Source: Candidatus Saccharimonadales bacterium (GTDB taxonomy: Bacteria > Patescibacteriota > Saccharimonadia > Saccharimonadales > EFPC-124). From it: a DNA stretch of 64,000 nucleotides. Shown piece after piece: positions 35,507-45,055 of the stretch. Numbering within the stretch: position 1 is the stretch's first letter; every line of letters starts with the position of its first letter. The notes beneath the pieces were generated by a model, which saw only the letters and a list, made by a program, of their open reading frames with translations, searched no databases and was not told the origin of the DNA. Where the stretch lies: the NCBI GenBank assembly GCA_035457485.1, contig DATIBO010000006.1, positions 818,659-882,658 of the forward strand, in the 5' to 3' direction. The position numbers were made by a program, and so were the translations under genes.

Positions 35507-37162
35507 CTATTGGGCTGGCTCAGGTTGAGTACCAACTACAACCACAAAGTCGGCGTATGATGTAACTCCAGCTGGAGCACCATCTTTGACGGTTACACCA
35601 AATATGGATTCAAGTTTTTTGCGAGTACCTGGCATTTTGCCGCCGCTTAAATCATAGACCTGAATAGACTCGGTATTTAGTGCCGCTGGAGCATTACCGA
35701 TAACATTAACAAGCAAATTGTTTGCCTTAATGTCGTTGGCCTTAACTTGAGCTACACCAGCTTGCTCAGATGCATTCAAAACATCAATTGCAGCTTTTTC
35801 TAAGCTAGCAAAGTCTCCAGTAGCATACGCCATTATCGCTGCATGGAATCCGCTGTAGTTATAGAGACCTGCAGCCGGCTGAACGATGCTTTGTCCATCT
35901 GCATTACCGGTTATAACGAGTGGGCCATCTGGGTTATTTAACACTAACGACAAGATATTAGACGGGTTAGTTTCTTGGCCAAGTTTTACCAAGGTCTTAA
36001 TCTCTTCAGCATCAAAGTTCGTGCGAACATTGTTACCCAGTGTTTCTAACAATTGACCAACTGCAACTGGGTTCGATAAAGTTCCTGCGCTCACTGCTTT
36101 CTCAAGTAGTGCAACTAGGATCTTGCGCTGATAACCTTCGCGATCAAAGTTGGCTTGCGGTAAACCATAAGTGTCGCCGCTTGCCCCACGTGCGCGCGCC
36201 AAATAAAGTGCTTGTTTACCGTTCAAGTTTGCCGGACCGTTAGGATATTTTACGTTATAGCATGTATATAATCCGTTTGGACAATCCCAGTCAAAGTTGC
36301 GATCCATAATTCCGCGTGAATCTTTGCTGTCGATTTGTACAGTAACTCCCCCAACCGCGTCGACAGCTTCACGCAAAACTGTGTAGTTAATGTGAGCAGC
36401 ATACTGAACGTCCAACCCAAATACTTCGCCAATTTTTGCGCGCACCGCTTCTTGCGCAACAGCTTCGTCACCGGTTTCACCGTAAACACAACTGTAGAGA
36501 GCGTTAATTTTGCCTCGGTAGCCTGCTGGACAAGCACGGCCATACTCTACATACAAGTCACGTGGAATACTAACCAAAAAAGCTTCTTTCTTTTTCTGGT
36601 CTGCGCTAATTAGCATCATCGAATCTGTTAAATCGGCACCGTCATGACCGGGATCGTCCTCTGACGTACCAAACACGATAACGTTTGTTCGGCCATTTTG
36701 GTCCATTTTAAGCTCTTTTGGTGGTGCAAAAACTGCATTGACCAAGTTACCTTGGAATACTTTACTGCCGGTAGCAAAAAATTTATAAGCAAAGTAACCG
36801 CCAATTAACAAAGCAATAATCAATAAGCCTAGCAAGGTCCACTTAATTGTTTTTTTAACTGGCCACTTACGCTTGCTCTTAACTTTTTTATCTTTGCCTT
36901 TTTTGGCATCTTTTGAATCTTCAATGTTAAGTTCGTTCAAATTCAAGTTACCTTTATGATCAACGTCGCCGGCAGAGATAATAGACCGACTTTCGTCGCC
37001 CACTGTATCAACTTTTTTGTTTACTCTTGAAGGATCAATTAAAAACTGATCAGGCAGTCGCTGACTATCAAGAGTAGGTCGCCCTGGTTGGCTGCCAGCA
37101 GCCCTAGGACGAATTACAAAACCATCTGTATTTGGAACTTTCGAATTATGTTTCATGGACAC
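35507..37162 (-). CDS. LytR-CpsA-Psr (LCP) family cell-wall glycopolymer ligase with C-terminal LytR_C-like domain
   Basis: Cytoplasmic N-terminus and one TM. The LCP core is VIVFGTSEDD...ADLTDSMMLISADQKKKEAFLVSIPRDLYV. Confidence 0.8.
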   Translation of the reverse strand: MSMKHNSKVPNTDGFVIRPRAAGSQPGRPTLDSQRLPDQFLIDPSRVNKKVDTVGDESRSIISAGDVDHKGNLNLNELNIEDSKDAKKGKDKKVKSKRKWPVKKTIKWTLLGLLIIALLIGGYFAYKFFATGSKVFQGNLVNAVFAPPKELKMDQNGRTNVIVFGTSEDDPGHDGADLTDSMMLISADQKKKEAFLVSIPRDLYVEYGRACPAGYRGKINALYSCVYGETGDEAVAQEAVRAKIGEVFGLDVQYAAHINYTVLREAVDAVGGVTVQIDSKDSRGIMDRNFDWDCPNGLYTCYNVKYPNGPANLNGKQALYLARARGASGDTYGLPQANFDREGYQRKILVALLEKAVSAGTLSNPVAVGQLLETLGNNVRTNFDAEEIKTLVKLGQETNPSNILSLVLNNPDGPLVITGNADGQSIVQPAAGLYNYSGFHAAIMAYATGDFASLEKAAIDVLNASEQAGVAQVKANDIKANNLLVNVIGNAPAALNTESIQVYDLSGGKMPGTRKKLESIFGVTVKDGAPAGVTSYADFVVVVGTQPEPAQ

Positions 37163-37292
37163 TCCGCAAGCAATCGCCCAAGCGCGATCTCACCCTTTCT
37201 AGACATGCTAGAATTTTGCTGCGTTAGTAAAAACTATAGCGTTTTTATCCACGCAAGTAAAGTGCGATAGACTTTTAATCCCCGCTTAAGTT

Positions 37293-37958
37293 ATGATTAG
37301 TTTCATGGATCCAAACAGACATAGCGAATATCACCACATGAATTCCAGTGATATTAAAAAAAATATTGCCAGCAAAAACAAAACCGAGCGCCTAAAAAGC
37401 ATTATTTCTTCTTTGCTTTTTATTTTTGGCGTAATCGCAACGGCTTTTATAATTAATCAAACAATTTTTCATTCTTACTACGTAGTTGGAACGAGCATGG
37501 TGCCGACTCTACAGAACAACGATTGGCTAATTATCGAAAAGGTTGATAGAAGTTTGAGCTTTTTACAAGGTAAGCCATATATTCCGGAGCGCGGTCAAAT
37601 CGTAGTGCTCGACAGTTCAATCGTAGGATCTAACGGCAAAGAAGAGCAGCTGATCAAGCGTGCAATTGGCTTACCAGGTGACACAGTTATAGTGGAAAAC
37701 GGCACCGTTACAATTAAGAACGCTCAAAATCCGCAAGGTTTTAATGTAGACGAAAAACTCGGTCTTAATCTAGATCCGACCTACAGCGAAGGTACAATTA
37801 TAGCCGAGGTTGGCGAAAACGAAGTTTTTGTACTTGGTGATAATAGAGGTAGAAACGGATCTTATGATTCTAGAGCCTTTGGGCCAATAAAATCTAACAA
37901 TCTGCAAGGCCGTCTATGGGCACGACTCTTGCCGATTAACAAATCTGGTATTTTTTAG
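37293..37958 (+). CDS. lepB: Signal peptidase I
   Basis: Catalytic Ser box GTSMVPTL, Lys box KRAIGLPGD, and GDNRGRNGSYDSR. Confidence 0.85.
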   Translation: MISFMDPNRHSEYHHMNSSDIKKNIASKNKTERLKSIISSLLFIFGVIATAFIINQTIFHSYYVVGTSMVPTLQNNDWLIIEKVDRSLSFLQGKPYIPERGQIVVLDSSIVGSNGKEEQLIKRAIGLPGDTVIVENGTVTIKNAQNPQGFNVDEKLGLNLDPTYSEGTIIAEVGENEVFVLGDNRGRNGSYDSRAFGPIKSNNLQGRLWARLLPINKSGIF

Positions 37959-38836
37959 TTAAGCAGTAAACCGGTAATCCGATTCAGGTCATCGTCGTTT
38001 TTAAACTGAATTATAAGACGGCCGCCTTTTGCCATATGTTTAACAGAAACGTCGGCGCTGATTCGCTGGCTCAAACGCTGAGTTTCAACCGTCTCTGTTT
38101 TAACTTTTTCGCGCGCGGTCTGACGATCTTTGGCGCCTTCTTTGTAGCCAATTACAAACTGCTCAGCCTTACGAACCGACCAACCATTGCGTAAAATTAG
38201 ATCAAGCAACTCTTTTTGAACCTCGGGCTCTTTTATGGCTAAAATCTGGCGGGCGTGCCCCTCACTAATTTCACCTTCAATCAGAGCCTTTTTAGCCTCT
38301 TTGGGTAACGCCAGCAAACGCATAATATTACTAATCGTACTAACAGCCTTACCACCTACGTGCTGGCCGATTTCCTCGTAGCTCATGTTAAACTGCTGGT
38401 GAAGTTTTAGATATGCTGTTGCAGTTTCAAGCGGATTAAGATCTTGGCGCTGCAAGTTTTCAATCAAAGCTAGCTCGAGCTTTTGCTGATCATTCATGTC
38501 GCGCACAATTGCAGGAATTTCTTCTAGTCCAGCCATTTGGCTAGCCCGCCACCTGCGCTCACCCGCCACCAACTCGTATCCGCCACCTTTTGGCGTAACT
38601 ACAATCGGCTGCATCACGCCGTGCTGCTGGATTGAATTCGATAATTCCTCGAGAGCGACTGGGTCAAAGTGCCTTCGCGGCTGCAGTTTATTAGGCTCGA
38701 TATCCAAAATTCTTAACGTTCTTAAATCGCTAATCTTTTCGTCTTGCTCTGACGTTGGGTCAAATTCATCATCTAAAAGTTGAGTTGGAATAAGTGAATC
38801 AAACCCTCTACCTAATCCTTTTTTACTTCGCGACAC
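37955..38836 (-). CDS. parB: Chromosome partitioning protein ParB/Spo0J
   Basis: KGLGRGFDSLIP, the ParB box GERRWRAS, and an HTH region. Confidence 0.9.
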   Translation of the reverse strand: MSRSKKGLGRGFDSLIPTQLLDDEFDPTSEQDEKISDLRTLRILDIEPNKLQPRRHFDPVALEELSNSIQQHGVMQPIVVTPKGGGYELVAGERRWRASQMAGLEEIPAIVRDMNDQQKLELALIENLQRQDLNPLETATAYLKLHQQFNMSYEEIGQHVGGKAVSTISNIMRLLALPKEAKKALIEGEISEGHARQILAIKEPEVQKELLDLILRNGWSVRKAEQFVIGYKEGAKDRQTAREKVKTETVETQRLSQRISADVSVKHMAKGGRLIIQFKNDDDLNRITGLLLN

Positions 38837-39587
38837 GACTTACAACCTCCTTTGCCAACGCCTTGTATGCACGCGCACCCTTGCTCCAGCGATCGTAAGC
38901 GCCAACTGGCAAGCCATGGCTCGGAGCTTCAGCTAAGCGCACATTGCGCGGAATAACTGTGTTAAATACTTTCCCTGGGAAATGCTTCATTACCTCAGCG
39001 TGAACCTGAGTGGAAAGTGTCGTTCGACTATTCATCATTGTTACGACAACACCTAAAAGCTCTAGGTCTTTGTTCATTCCTTTGCGTACGAGCTGCATAG
39101 TTTCAAGCAGCTGGCCTAAACCTTCGAGCGCATAAAATTCCGCCTGAACCGGTAACAGAATATAGTTTGCAGCAATTAACGCATTAACTGTCAGTAAGCT
39201 TAGGCTTGGTGGGCAATCAATAATTACAAAATCGTAAGAGTTATGTTCGAGTGCAGCCTTTAGACGACTAAATTTATGCTCACTTTTTGCAAGTTCGACC
39301 TCGGCATTAGCGAGTTGGGGCATGGTTGGTAGCAAGTGCAGTCGCTTGTGGCGCGTGGGCACAATACATTCGGTGATGTTACGATTATTTAAGATCGAAT
39401 CTATAACAGTGTACTTAAGTTCCCGCTTTTCAATCCCGAGCCCACTTGTGGCGTTACCCTGAGGATCAAAATCCACTAGCAAAACATTGTGCCCAGCCTT
39501 AGCCATATAATAAGCAACGTTAACAGCGGTAGTTGTTTTGCCAACCCCACCTTTTTGATTTGTAACGGCAATAATTTTACCTGGCAT
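38823..39587 (-). CDS. parA: Chromosome partitioning ATPase ParA/Soj
   Basis: Deviant Walker A KGGVGKTTTAVN. Overlaps parB by 14 nt. Confidence 0.9.
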   Translation of the reverse strand: MPGKIIAVTNQKGGVGKTTTAVNVAYYMAKAGHNVLLVDFDPQGNATSGLGIEKRELKYTVIDSILNNRNITECIVPTRHKRLHLLPTMPQLANAEVELAKSEHKFSRLKAALEHNSYDFVIIDCPPSLSLLTVNALIAANYILLPVQAEFYALEGLGQLLETMQLVRKGMNKDLELLGVVVTMMNSRTTLSTQVHAEVMKHFPGKVFNTVIPRNVRLAEAPSHGLPVGAYDRWSKGARAYKALAKEVVSRVAK

Positions 39588-39668
39588 TGTTTGCTATAAC
39601 CCTCTCTCGAACTAGAAACAATTGTACCAGTTTTTGGTCACTTTGTGAAAATAAAAAATTACCGCTCT

Positions 39669-39974
39669 TTAGGCGGTAATTTTTGTGATTTCGATTTTGG
39701 TGTGCTTTTGGCGGTGACCAGTGATAGTCTTAACGCGTTTTTTAGCTTTAAATTTCGCAACTTGTAGCTTTTCGCCTTTAACTTCTTGTTCGGCAACTTT
39801 AGCTTTTACGCTAGCGCCTGCAACTGTTGGTTTGCCAACTTTAGCTGTTTTTTCATCAAAAACCATCAAAGGTTCTAGACTCAAATCTTTTTCTGAATCT
39901 AGTTTGTCAACCAATAAGGTCTGACCTTCGGAAACAATATATTGTTTACCGCCAACTTTAATAACTGCTTTCAT
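39669..39974 (-). CDS. rplU: 50S ribosomal protein L21
   Basis: MKAVIKVGGKQYIVSEGQTLLVDKL; 101 aa. A hairpin ATTACCGC/GCGGTAAT plus a T-run overlaps its stop (about 39650-39682). Confidence 0.9.
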   Translation of the reverse strand: MKAVIKVGGKQYIVSEGQTLLVDKLDSEKDLSLEPLMVFDEKTAKVGKPTVAGASVKAKVAEQEVKGEKLQVAKFKAKKRVKTITGHRQKHTKIEITKITA

Positions 39975-40027
39975 GTTTCTCTACTCATTAGTTAGATTTG
40001 CTTTAAACAATTCTAACAGATGTACCT

Positions 40028-40243
40028 TTACTTGTAAAGATTCTCAGGCACTTCGGGTCCAATCTCTTGAAGTGCCTCGTTCAAAAAACGATTTAATTTA
40101 ACCGCGTCGACCTCTTCGTGGAGGTTCCAGTTATCATCGTGAGTTGTAGGATCGTCTGTTATGGAACGACTAAGTTCGTCACCGTCATCGTTAGGAATTG
40201 GTGCGAACTGCATTTGTTTTTGTGTTGGTAGTGCGAGTTTCAT
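40028..40243 (-). CDS. Hypothetical small acidic protein (71 aa)
   Basis: ORF only, with no motif. Divergent from the ECF sigma gene. Confidence 0.35.
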   Translation of the reverse strand: MKLALPTQKQMQFAPIPNDDGDELSRSITDDPTTHDDNWNLHEEVDAVKLNRFLNEALQEIGPEVPENLYK

Positions 40244-40363
40244 ATTTTATTTTTTGCGTTAATTAATTTTGTTTACATTTAAACATTAGCACTTTGGTGA
40301 TCATTTGTCAAGTTTGTGGTTTTATACTTGTGCAACCTTTGCTATAGTTTTGCGTTGTATAAC

Positions 40364-40942
40364 ATGAACAATATGCAAAAAGATAAAGAGCAAAAAATTG
40401 TTGAGCTTGCCAAAACTGATGCAACTGCATTTGGCGAGCTCTTTGACCACTATTATCCTAAAATCTTTAACTATGTCTTTAGGCGAACTGCTGATTTTGA
40501 ATCAGCGCAAGACATAACGGCAGAGACTTTTATAAAGTCGCTAGATAAAATTAAAACCTTTGAATGGCGAGGAATCCCCTTTTCGGCCTGGCTTTACCGA
40601 ATTGCCAGTAACGAAATTGCCAATCACTTTAGAGATAAACATTCAAAAAACTCTTCGCTCGAGGCCTTGTTGGAGGAGCAAGGTTTTGAGCCAATAGACG
40701 AAACCGACATTCAGGCCGAACTTGAGGCTGCCGAAGAAGAAGTTTCACGTCATGTAAAATTTTTACAAGTTCAAAAACAGATTTTAAAGCTGCCGATAAA
40801 ATATCAAGAAGTTTTGTCTCTTAGATATTTTGAAAATAAAACTATAGATGAAATTAGCCAAATAACCAACAAAAAACCTGGAACCGTTAAGTCACTTCTG
40901 TCGCGCGGCATCAAAAAACTACGCGAAAGTGCAACCAATTAA
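40364..40942 (+). CDS. ECF-type RNA polymerase sigma-70 family factor
   Basis: Region 2 is FSAWLYRIASNEIANHFR. Region 4 HTH is IDEISQITNKKPGTVKSLLSRGIKKLR. The start is taken at ATG 40364 or 40373. Confidence 0.8.
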   Translation: MNNMQKDKEQKIVELAKTDATAFGELFDHYYPKIFNYVFRRTADFESAQDITAETFIKSLDKIKTFEWRGIPFSAWLYRIASNEIANHFRDKHSKNSSLEALLEEQGFEPIDETDIQAELEAAEEEVSRHVKFLQVQKQILKLPIKYQEVLSLRYFENKTIDEISQITNKKPGTVKSLLSRGIKKLRESATN

Positions 40943-40975
40943 ATAAGGTGCCGTTATATTTACAGGCAAGAAACC

Positions 40976-41629
40976 ATGAAACAGATTTTAAACGATAACC
41001 AGCTACAAAATATGACAGTTCCAACTGTCGAGCTCAGCCATCACCAGGCTCAACTGCGTCATGTACTTGTTTCGCGTGCCGCGACAAAGGCGAACAAAAT
41101 AACAATTTTAGGAGTTATAAAGTATATGAATAAGCGATTTTTAATTGGCGCAAGTGCAGTTGGAGTTTTCGCGCTCGCAGTTGTAATGATGACGGCCGTA
41201 AATCAGTCGCCAGCTAGCGCAATGCAGCTAGCGCGCGACAGCTCCGCGGCCCTGCAGTCAATCGGTTTTAGCGACAAAGACGTAGAGGGTTTGAGCGAGC
41301 AAGAAATTACGTATAAAAAATATATTCCGCAGTTTTTGAGCTGGTTAGGATCGGCGCAAAAAGCAAGCGATCTTAAATTACTTAGCTATGATGAAGTTTT
41401 AAGTAAGTATCCCGACGTCTTGAACGCAGATTCTACTGAGTTGCTTAGGGTTATTGATAATCCGCAGGACGGTGAATCACCTAAATTAGAGCAACTTAGG
41501 TATCTAGAATTCACCCTGCACGAAGGCGAAGCCGAGTACAAGATCGTCGTAGGTGTGAACCAAAACGATGTACCAGAGGCAGCGATGATGAAAGTCGTCA
41601 CTCCTGGCAAATCAACCGTAAATGAATAA
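40976..41629 (+). CDS. Putative single-pass anti-sigma factor / membrane-anchored protein
   Basis: It lies immediately downstream of the ECF sigma gene. One TM (FLIGASAVGVFALAVVMMTAV) separates a short N-terminal segment from an extracytoplasmic C-domain. The function is inferred from context only. Confidence 0.45.
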   Translation: MKQILNDNQLQNMTVPTVELSHHQAQLRHVLVSRAATKANKITILGVIKYMNKRFLIGASAVGVFALAVVMMTAVNQSPASAMQLARDSSAALQSIGFSDKDVEGLSEQEITYKKYIPQFLSWLGSAQKASDLKLLSYDEVLSKYPDVLNADSTELLRVIDNPQDGESPKLEQLRYLEFTLHEGEAEYKIVVGVNQNDVPEAAMMKVVTPGKSTVNE

Positions 41630-41633
41630 ATCT

Positions 41634-41663
41634 AAAAGCGCGCCTGTATAAGGCGCGCTTTTT
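41634..41663. terminator. Bidirectional intrinsic terminator between convergent genes
   Basis: GCGCGCC (41638-41644) pairs with GGCGCGC (41652-41658), with an A4 run upstream and a T5 run downstream. Confidence 0.8.
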
Positions 41664-41669
41664 ATTTGG

Positions 41670-44528
41670 CTAGTTTTTTTCGAGCGAAATTTCTAGCTCT
41701 ACCCCATCAACCTTACATTTTGCCTCAAACTTGTACGTTTTATCCGATATTTCTTCGGCTAGGGTTTCGGCTGCTATTGTCGCGCTATGTTCTTCAATCG
41801 CTTTTTTAAGCTCCTCGTCATTCGTTACAAGACTTAACTTTATGCGATCATCAACTTGTAGATCGGCTTGTTTGCGCGCGTTTTGCACATTGCGAACAAC
41901 TTCGCGCATTTGTCCTTCGCGCTTTAACTCGGGAGTGATTTTAACGTCGAGTTCAACTTTTTTACCCCACTCAACTTGCTTAACATTTACTTCGTCGGCA
42001 ATCACCTCTTTGTAAATATCGTCGAGTTTCGGTACAGCAACTTTTTGCAAAGGCTGACGAACTTTGACTTTGGCGGCAGCGCGCTGGCTCAACCCTTCGT
42101 TAATGTATTCGCGCGTTTTTGCCATTTGGTCCAATAGACTCTGATCAACTTCACTCGCTTTTGGCCAATCACTCAAGTGAACAGACTCGCCCCCATTTAA
42201 GTCACGGTAAACTTTATCACTAATAAATGGAGCCCACGGCGCAAGCAACTGACAAGTCTTCACTAAAACGTAGTGCAAGGTTTCGTATGCGTGGTTTTTG
42301 TCGCTGTCGTCTTCACTCTTCCAAAAACGGCGACGGCTGCGCCGAATAAACCAATTAGACAGATCGTCGACCAGTTCAAAAACTGGATTAATCGCGTGCG
42401 CTAACTTGTAATCGTCGGCCTGCTTTGTAACTTCGACGATTGTTTGATTCAAGCGCGCTAAAATCCACTTATCTAGAACGTTTTCGCTATTTAACCGGCC
42501 AACTGGCTTAAAGTTGTCGATGTCGGCGTACATTTTGTAAAAACGATACGAGTTCATGAGCGTCCCTAAAACATTGCGATTTAGGTCTTTCATGCCGTCG
42601 CGGTTAAAGCGCATATAGTCGGCGCTCACAGCTTGGTTGTTGCTAAGCAAATATAAGCGCAAGCTGTCGGCGCCCTCGTTGTTAAATACGTCGTCTAGTG
42701 GCGGATAGTTTTTTAGGCGTTTGCTTAATTTTTGACCATCGGCGGCCATGATCATGCCGTTAACCAGCACGTTTTTGTAGGCCGGGCGATCAAACAGGAT
42801 TGTCGAAATTACATGCTGGACATAAAACCAAAGCCGCGTTTGGTCCAAACCTTCGCCTATGTAGTCAGCTGGGAAAGATTTTTTAAACTTCTCCACGTTT
42901 TCGAACGGATAGTGCTGCTGCGCAACGGGCATCGACCCACTCTCGAACCAGCAGTCGATGACCTCTTCTACACGCCTGTAGGTTTTGCCGTCTTTTGTGA
43001 AAGTAATTTTATCGATAAACGGACGGTGTAAGTCGTCTACATCGATGTCGTTTCCGGCGAGTTTTTTAAGCTCGGCAATGCTTTCTACTACAATGTAATC
43101 ATCTTGGTTGGCCTCGTTTACCCAAACTGGCATCGGCGCACCCCAATAACGATTGCGGCTAATCGCCCAGTCGCGCGCACCGGCAAGCCACTTTCCAAAA
43201 CGACCATCTTTGATGTGGTTCGGGCTCCAATTAATGCTTTCGGCAGTTTTTAGCATCTGGTCTTTGATTTCAGAAACTTTTATAAACCAGGTGTCGATTG
43301 CGTAATACAAAAGTGGACTATCACAGCGATAACAAAACGGGTACGTGTGTTCTTTTGTTTCGGCAGCGAATACCATTCCGCGATCTGTTAAATGCGCGAT
43401 GATAGCTTTATCGGCACCTTTAAAAAATTTGCCTTCAACTTCGTCAAAGCCAATGCCGCCGACAATTTTACCGGCGGTATCTACCGTATGCAAGACATCT
43501 AAGACCTTCTCTGTTCCTAAACTTAGGTCATCTTCGCCGAAAGCTGGCGCAACGTGCAAAACACCGGTACCATCTTCGACACTTACAAAACTAGCTGGCC
43601 AAACTTTGTACATAAAGTCTGGGATTCCGGCCGCATACTTGTCGAGTTTAAATAATGGTTCATAGTTTTTGCCGATTAGCTCGTCGGCCTCGACTTCTTT
43701 TAAGATTTCAAAATCGTGCTCATCTTTAAAAACCTCATTTAGGCGTTTTTTAGCGACAATTAAAATCTCGCTGCCAGATTCTGTTTTTAGATCTACATAA
43801 ACATAAGTTTCGTTGGGGTTTACAGCGATCGCAGCGTTACCTGGTAAGCTCCAAGGGGTCGTTGTCCAGCCGAGCAAAGAGGCATCCTCACCTACTAATT
43901 TGAATTTTACAAACAAACTTGGATCTGGCACGTTATCACGATAGCCTTCGTTTACCTCAAAGTTGCTTAGAGGAGTTTCACATCGTGGACAATACGGCAT
44001 GCTTTTGTAGCCTTTATATAGCAAACCTTTGTCGTGAATTTGCTTCATTACCCACCAAACGCTTTCGGTGTAGTCGCGATCTACTGTTGCGTAGGCATTT
44101 TTAACATCAGTCCAACGGCCTATGCGGCCAAAAAAGTCCTCCCATTCACCTTTGTACATAAAGATAGATTCGCGGCAAGCGGCGTTAAACTTCTCAAGCC
44201 CGAGCTCTAAAATTTGCTTTTTACCGCTAACACCGAATTGTTTTTCGATTGCAAATTCAACAGGCAGTCCATGGCAGTCCCATCCGTTGCGACGCTCAAC
44301 ATAATAACCTTGCATGGTCTTATAGCGACCCAAGCTGTCTTTAATTGCAGTTACTAGGCTGTGGCCAAAGTGCGGCAAGCCATTTGCGAATGGCGGGCCA
44401 TCGTAAAAGCTAAAAACTTCAGAACCTTTGCGCTGCTGTAACGACTTTTCGAATGTGTTTTCTTTCTGCCAAGTTGCGAGCATTTCTTCTTCGATGTTCG
44501 CGAGATTGGATTTTTTTGGCTCTTCCAT
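41670..44528 (-). CDS. ileS: Isoleucyl-tRNA synthetase, type 2 (eukaryote-like) architecture
   Basis: HIGH region is YDGPPFANGLPHFGH and the KMSKS variant is GQKLSKRL. 952 aa. AAGGAG lies 4 nt before the ATG. Confidence 0.9.
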   Translation of the reverse strand: MEEPKKSNLANIEEEMLATWQKENTFEKSLQQRKGSEVFSFYDGPPFANGLPHFGHSLVTAIKDSLGRYKTMQGYYVERRNGWDCHGLPVEFAIEKQFGVSGKKQILELGLEKFNAACRESIFMYKGEWEDFFGRIGRWTDVKNAYATVDRDYTESVWWVMKQIHDKGLLYKGYKSMPYCPRCETPLSNFEVNEGYRDNVPDPSLFVKFKLVGEDASLLGWTTTPWSLPGNAAIAVNPNETYVYVDLKTESGSEILIVAKKRLNEVFKDEHDFEILKEVEADELIGKNYEPLFKLDKYAAGIPDFMYKVWPASFVSVEDGTGVLHVAPAFGEDDLSLGTEKVLDVLHTVDTAGKIVGGIGFDEVEGKFFKGADKAIIAHLTDRGMVFAAETKEHTYPFCYRCDSPLLYYAIDTWFIKVSEIKDQMLKTAESINWSPNHIKDGRFGKWLAGARDWAISRNRYWGAPMPVWVNEANQDDYIVVESIAELKKLAGNDIDVDDLHRPFIDKITFTKDGKTYRRVEEVIDCWFESGSMPVAQQHYPFENVEKFKKSFPADYIGEGLDQTRLWFYVQHVISTILFDRPAYKNVLVNGMIMAADGQKLSKRLKNYPPLDDVFNNEGADSLRLYLLSNNQAVSADYMRFNRDGMKDLNRNVLGTLMNSYRFYKMYADIDNFKPVGRLNSENVLDKWILARLNQTIVEVTKQADDYKLAHAINPVFELVDDLSNWFIRRSRRRFWKSEDDSDKNHAYETLHYVLVKTCQLLAPWAPFISDKVYRDLNGGESVHLSDWPKASEVDQSLLDQMAKTREYINEGLSQRAAAKVKVRQPLQKVAVPKLDDIYKEVIADEVNVKQVEWGKKVELDVKITPELKREGQMREVVRNVQNARKQADLQVDDRIKLSLVTNDEELKKAIEEHSATIAAETLAEEISDKTYKFEAKCKVDGVELEISLEKN

Positions 44529-44731
44529 ATTTCTCCTTTATAAATAAAAATCACTTCTTTTAGAAGTGTTGGAATCCTGGTTCAGGACGGTACCATCCAA
44601 CTTCCAAAAGAAGTGATTCTTGTGGCGCTTGTTTACTGGACTTACGAGCCAGGCCGGCGAGTTCTACTAAATTCTTCTCGCTACTTTCGCGGGTGATAGC
44701 CGCTAATCTGCCTTTAGGGCAAAGTGTATTT
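44529..44731 (-). promoter_or_regulatory. T-box-like tRNA-sensing leader of ileS
   Basis: The minus-strand RNA contains UUGGAUGGUACCGUCC (44601..44585), compared with the canonical core GGGUGGUACCGCG. An antiterminator-like GUUGG...CCAAC stem has a UGGUACC bulge. A CACUUCU-AAA-AGAAGUG hairpin plus AUUUUUAUUU (44568..44541) lies just before the SD. The upstream element GAGAAGAAUUUAGUAGAA is K-turn/S-turn-like. There are two AUC-A (Ile codon) candidates at 44697..44694 and 44617..44614. Confidence 0.6.
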
Positions 44732-44737
44732 AACTTT

Positions 44738-44765
44738 ATTTTACGGTATTAGCAAAAAAATTCAA
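44738..44765 (-). promoter_or_regulatory. Promoter candidate for the ileS leader
   Basis: The minus strand reads TTGAAT (44765..44760), a 16-nt spacer, then TAAAAT (44743..44738). Confidence 0.4.
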
Positions 44766-44840
44766 GATGGACAACGCTAGAAACATTTTAGATTCAGCAA
44801 CCAGATTATGCGTATCGTTTCTAGTCAATGAGTATAACTC

Positions 44841-45032
44841 TCATGATGTGGCAGATTCTAACCTAGTAATTCTTAGTTCATGATCAACAACCTTCTCGAG
44901 GGTTGGCGACATTCCTTCGATAATCGCCTCAATTTTACCATCTGTTTCCTCATGCAAAACTTCTAAACGCCGAATATCTGACTGCATTTGATCTAATTTT
45001 TCTAAAACTTTTTCTTCAAATTCTTTTGCCAT
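44841..45032 (-). CDS. Hypothetical small coiled-coil protein (63 aa)
   Basis: ORF with heptad-like E/K/L-rich sequence and no motif. Confidence 0.35.
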   Translation of the reverse strand: MAKEFEEKVLEKLDQMQSDIRRLEVLHEETDGKIEAIIEGMSPTLEKVVDHELRITRLESATS

Positions 45033-45055
45033 AAGCGGAGTTTACAGCTAGTTGC

